Source: Moniliella sp. 'wahieum'
Lineage: Eukaryota
Reading direction: 5' to 3'
Assembly: GCA_003971905.1 (NCBI GenBank)
Contig: RSEE01000087.1
Coordinates: forward strand, 124,001 to 188,000
DNA: 64,000 nucleotides
The notes beneath the pieces are model-generated. The model made no database searches, had not been told where the DNA came from, and worked only from the letters and a program-made list of their open reading frames with translations. The position numbers and the translations under genes were made by a program. Numbering within the stretch: the stretch's first letter is position 1; every line of letters begins with the position of its first letter. Shown here in pieces: positions 59,459 to 64,000 of the stretch.

Positions 59459-61345
59459 TCAGTTGTTTGCTTGCCTGAAACGGTGCCAGGCCGCGCCGCC
59501 AATGGCCAGCAAGCCCACTGCCGAAAGCACATTGGTTGCAGTGAGCCACTTGGGGCGGACAAACTGCGTCCTAGGCCCTGCGGCAGCCACCGTTTCATGG
59601 ACATCGGCAGCGTACTTGCCAAACGCCTTGTTGAACTTGCGTGCCAGCGCATTCACTTCCAAGTCAAACTCCCACTTGTCCGGCCAGACGTTGCGCGGGT
59701 TGAGCAGCACCGACGGTACCCCCTTGACCGCCTTGGGCACCTGCAGACTAAACACGGGCAACGTCTCGTACTCGGCCTGGGCCAGCGTGCCATCATGAAT
59801 GGCATCAATGATAGCACGCGTGTACTTGAGCGGGCACCGCTTGCCCACCCCAAACTTGCCCCCCGTCCAACCCGTGTTGACCAACCAGCAGTCCACGTTG
59901 TACTTGGCCATGCGCTCTGCCAGCATGGCTGCGTACCGGCCCGGGTGGAGCACAATGAACGGCTGTCCGTAGCACGTGGAGAAGGTCGGCAGCGGTTCTG
60001 CCACGCCATCCTCGGTACCGGGCGTCTTGGACGTGTAGCCGGCGATAAAGTGGTACTGGGCCTGTTCGGTGGTCAGCTTGGACACGGGCGGGAGAACACC
60101 GTAGGCATCGCAGGTGAGCATCACAATGTTGCTCGGCGGTGCGTCGGCGATGCACGGGATCTTGGCATTGGGGTATACTCAATGGGATAGGCGCACCGTG
60201 TGTTCTCCGTCAAACTCGCATCGTCGTACAGCTCTTGCCGCCCCAAGCGGGAAAACACCACATTCTCCAGAATCGAGCCAAACCGGATCGCATTGTAAAT
60301 CTCGGGCTCCTTTTCGGCGCTGAGATCAATGCACTTGGCGTAGCAGCCACCCTCAATGTTGAACACCCCCGTATCCGACCACACATGCTCGTCGTCCCCG
60401 ATCCAACCGGGCCGGGTCCGCTGACAGCGTCGTCTTGCCCGTGCCGGAAAGACCAAAGAAGAGCGTCACATCCCCCTTGGGGCCTTGGTTGCACGAAGAG
60501 TGGAGCGAAAGCTGACCAAACTTGACGGGCTGCAGGTAATGCATGTAGGTAAACACACCTTTCTTCATCTCGCCAGCATACTCGGTACCAAGGATGACCA
60601 TCTCCTTGCGCTTAAAGTTGATCTCAACCGAGGTATTGGAGGTCATGCCGGCAGTGAACCGGTTGGCAGGGAATTGACCGGCATTGAAGATGGTCAGGTC
60701 GGGCTCGCCCCAATTCTCCAGTTCTTCGCGGGTGGGGCGGATGAGCATGTTGTGCATAAACAGCGCATGGTACGCTCGCGCACAGATGACCCGCACCTTG
60801 ATCCGGTACTTGGGGTCCCAGCCAGCATACCCATCAAACACATACACATCCTTGCGTGTGTTGAGGTAGTCGATCGCCCGCTCACGGTTGATCTCAAAGG
60901 TGTGCTCGTCCATCTTGATGTTGACCGGCCCCCACTGCGGTGTAGAAAAAGAGAGAGCCGAGAGCAGGGTGTGAGCCAAGGGAAGTCAATGCAAAGAGGG
61001 GCCAGGCAGCGACAGCCAAGAAGGGGAAAGGGAAAGGGAAAGAACTAAAAAAAGACGTACCCAGACATCGTCCTTGGACGTCTCTTCGTAGACGATGCGC
61101 TTGTCCTTGGGCGAGCGGCCCATCTTCTTGCCCGAGTAGTTGATCAAGGCGCCGGAGCGGGCAATGACAGCACCCTCCTTGCGCACAGCCTCTTCGTACA
61201 GGATGGCGATGGCGGCATTGCGCTTGATGGCGACCCGGTTCAGGTCCACGCCGGCCTCCGAGACGAGGGACAGCTTCTGGCCGAGCAGCTTGTACTCGGG
61301 GTTGTGGGTGGGCAGCTCGCCGTGGTAATTCCCGGGCGACGTCAT
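59459..61345 (-). CDS. PCK1: ATP-dependent phosphoenolpyruvate carboxykinase
   Basis: [69 protein letters not shown] and [10 protein letters not shown]. Intron at 60935-61060. Confidence 0.97.
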
Positions 61346-61997
61346 GGCTGGGTGGGTGGGGGTGGGGGGGGGGGGCAGGCAGCGCGCCTGCGGGGGGACG
61401 GGGGAGGGTCCTATATATACGGTGCATATACCCCGCGGTGTGGGATCGCCGGCTGAGGGTGGGGTGGCGTGCGGGCCGCCCCGCGTGGGTGCGCGAGTGT
61501 GGAAGAGAGGCGAAGCTTGCGGTGGGTGTGGTGGGTGCGGATGGCTGATAGCGCCAGCCGATGCTCCTGGCGCGCGTCGGAGCAGATCGGAGTGGGCAGG
61601 AGGAGGAGCAGGAGGCGCCGGCGGTCTGTGCGCGCCGCTGCCCAGCTGCGAGCAGGCGCCCGTCACGTGCGGCCCATGCCAGGGGCCGCGCTGTCGCCCA
61701 TGATTAATGATTAATGATTGGTGCCCGCTCGCCGCCACCCGGCCACGCCCGTCCTTCCCAGGGGTCAACAAACCCCTGGTCGGCTCCGGCCCGTTGCGTC
61801 CCGAGCGCATCCTCCGCCCTCGCCCCCCTACGTACACGCCCGCACCCCCCATCCCCCCCTCCCCTGCGCCTTGTCTGCGCCCCGCTAGCCCCGCTCTCTC
61901 TCCGCTACAGCCGCCCCCCCCCTTCTACACCGCCCGCAGCCCATCGCACGCGCCTCAGCCACTCCCACACTCATATCCAGATGCATCACGTGTCCGA

Positions 61998-62905
61998 TTA
62001 CAGGTGCGAAGGCGACGGCAAAGCCTGGCTGGCTGCCGCGCCCTTGGCCTTCTTCTTCTTCTTGGCCATGGCCAGCGCCACCGCATTCCGTGCGCCCGCC
62101 ACAGCCGCCCGGCTGTCCTCAACAAACTGGTGGTCGTTGATGCGCGCTTTGGACGATCCCTCAGCCAGCGCAGCAGGTGCGGGCGTGGACGCCGACGCCA
62201 AAGCCGAGGTGGTGGCCACCTGCTCTTCCTCCGAATCAAACTCGACGGCCTCTGCCAACGCGGCATCGGACGCCACCATCTTCTCCGCGGCCTCTTGCAG
62301 GTCACGTTCCGTCTTGGGCGTCCGGCCCAACATCTTTTCCAGCCGCTTGATCCGCGCTTGGTGCCGCGCATCCAACTGCTTTCGTCGTTCCGGCTCGGCT
62401 TGGAGGTACTCGGCAAGACGTTGGGCATCGCGCTTGACACTCAGCCGACGACCCGACAGGTCCCGACACGCACTCGTATCTTCCCCTTCTCCCGTACGGC
62501 GACGGGCACTCATGCGGCCGCCTTGGGCACGAAGCATACTGCCAAACCCACCCTTGCCCCCGGCAGAGGAGCCAACACACTCACCTCCTCCAGGGGGGGC
62601 ACGCACGTCGCCTCTGCCACGGCACGACCCGAGGGGAAGGCAACGATGCGCATGCGCCGTGGGCTCAGCGGGGCCAATGCGTCCAGCACTTCGCCCGCAG
62701 TCGTGTTGGCAGGCATGGAAACAGACAGGGTGTGGGAGAGGAAGGGCAGCCGGAGGCACACGGGCGACGAGCCCTGGCCCAAGCGGGCGAGGCAGGCGCG
62801 CACGCGCTGTGCGGCCACCGCCTCGTCGCGCTGCCGGCGGGCCACGGCGGGGGGCGACGGCGGGGACAACGGCGGGGACAACGGCGGGGCAAGCAGTGTC
62901 GACAT
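61998..62905 (-). CDS. SDE2: Sde2 ubiquitin-fold splicing/replication-stress regulator
   Basis: GG|KGGFGSMLRAQGGRMS cleavage motif and ACRDLSGRRL. Confidence 0.92.
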
Positions 62906-63180
62906 GGGCGGCGTAGATGCTGGTGGTGGGGGGGACAGAGCAGACGGCCCACCAGCGAGAGGCAGGTGGCAACTGCCGCCCGGCGGAACCAGCGAGGCGG
63001 AATGCATTTCCGCCGGCGAGTCACGAGGCAAGTGAACAATCAAACTTCAACCAAGTGGCTGTCACCCGTCACAGGCATCACCGCCACGCGAATCCTGCCG
63101 AGCAGCAGCCGCTGGTTGCGTCGCCCGCCGCCCCCACCTCCACCGCCACCCGCATCCCCACCCGCATCCCCACCCCCGCC

Positions 63181-64000
63181 ATGGCCGACGAGAGGCTGTT
63201 GCGCGTCTTGCTGGCCTCACCGGGCTGGACCCGCCGAGTGTGCAGGAGCAGCTCTTGCCCTACCTCCGCAGCCTCCCGCGCCCCGAGCAGGGCGAGCACC
63301 TGCGCTCCATGTTGGGCCCCGGCGCGCCGGTGGAAGAGGTGGTGGCGCTGCTCTCGCCCGCCACCAAGTTCCCCGCCCTGCCCTCGGCCGACTCGCTGCT
63401 GGCCGAAGGCTTTGCCCGCCACACCCACGCCGCGCCGCCCACCCCCGACCGGCCCCGGAGGGAGAAGCAAAAGAAAACGCAGCCTGGCCTGGCGCATACC
63501 AAGAAGGGCCACCTTCCTGCGCCCCGTGCTGTGCGCACCGTTGCGCCCACCGCCGGGCTGGTGTACAAGAAGGAGAATGCGCTCGATGCGATTGGAGCGC
63601 AGTACGGAGGCAAGAAGAAGCCCGTTTCTAATTCGGGATCCACCCACGCCGCACGGAGCACATCCGCCTCCCCTTCAGTCTCCTCTCCCCGCCCTGGCCA
63701 CCTCCCCTCGGCTCCGGCCACGCCGGAACCCGAGCCGACGCCCGAGACCCCCCCCACCCCCATCCCCACCTCCATCTCCATCCCCACTTCCTCCCTGACC
63801 CCGCCTCACGCTCGGTCGCAGCGCGTGCGCCGGACGACCCAGACGAGCAGGAAGACGGGTTGCTCCCTCTTCCCCAGTTCGAGCGGCCTAGCAAACCGAC
63901 GTCCGAGCTGGTGGAGATGGAGGATGCATTGGCCTTGCTACGTGTACCGCATCCTGCTGCCGCGGTGGCCCAGACGCGATGCTTTTGTGCAGGCCAAGTG
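63181..64000 (+). CDS. RQT4/TRIP4-like C2HC5 zinc-finger protein, 5' part (runs off the window)
   Basis: N-terminal QLLPYLRSLP...EHLRSMLG. The window ends MEDALALL...TRCFCAGQV, which fits the start of the zinc finger. Confidence 0.6.

Noticed and set aside
58752..59798. 348-aa + strand ORF and similar long antisense ORFs (e.g. 61707-63035)
   Set aside because: These are shadow ORFs of real genes in high-GC DNA with no protein-like features.

Overview
GC-rich eukaryotic DNA that looks fungal, probably basidiomycete (short GT-AG introns with CTRAC branch points). Almost every gene, including essential ones, carries frameshifts, which most likely reflects uncorrected long-read indels, so gene boundaries are approximate. 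The left arm holds a (GGAAA)n tract, a DH-PH-CNH Rho-GEF gene and a secreted carboxylesterase. About 8.6-25.6 kb is a lower-GC island with no recognisable intact host gene. It contains two divergent mini-Helitron-like elements (A|TC...hairpin-CTTG|T), an LTR-like segment and a decayed Ty3/gypsy element. That element has a self-priming-type PBS, and its reverse transcriptase is missing, with a three-unit telomeric repeat sitting at the protease/RNase H junction. The right arm is gene dense: an unknown coiled-coil gene, a ~12 kb gene for a giant disordered protein, aspartyl aminopeptidase, an aquaglyceroporin, striatin, TAF6, SEC1, a TPT-family transporter, a small secreted protein, PCK1 with an unusual tail-anchor-like C-terminal extension, SDE2 and the 5' part of an RQT4/TRIP4 homologue. 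I found no rRNA, tRNA or CRISPR array. All homology calls are from motif recognition by eye, not database searches.
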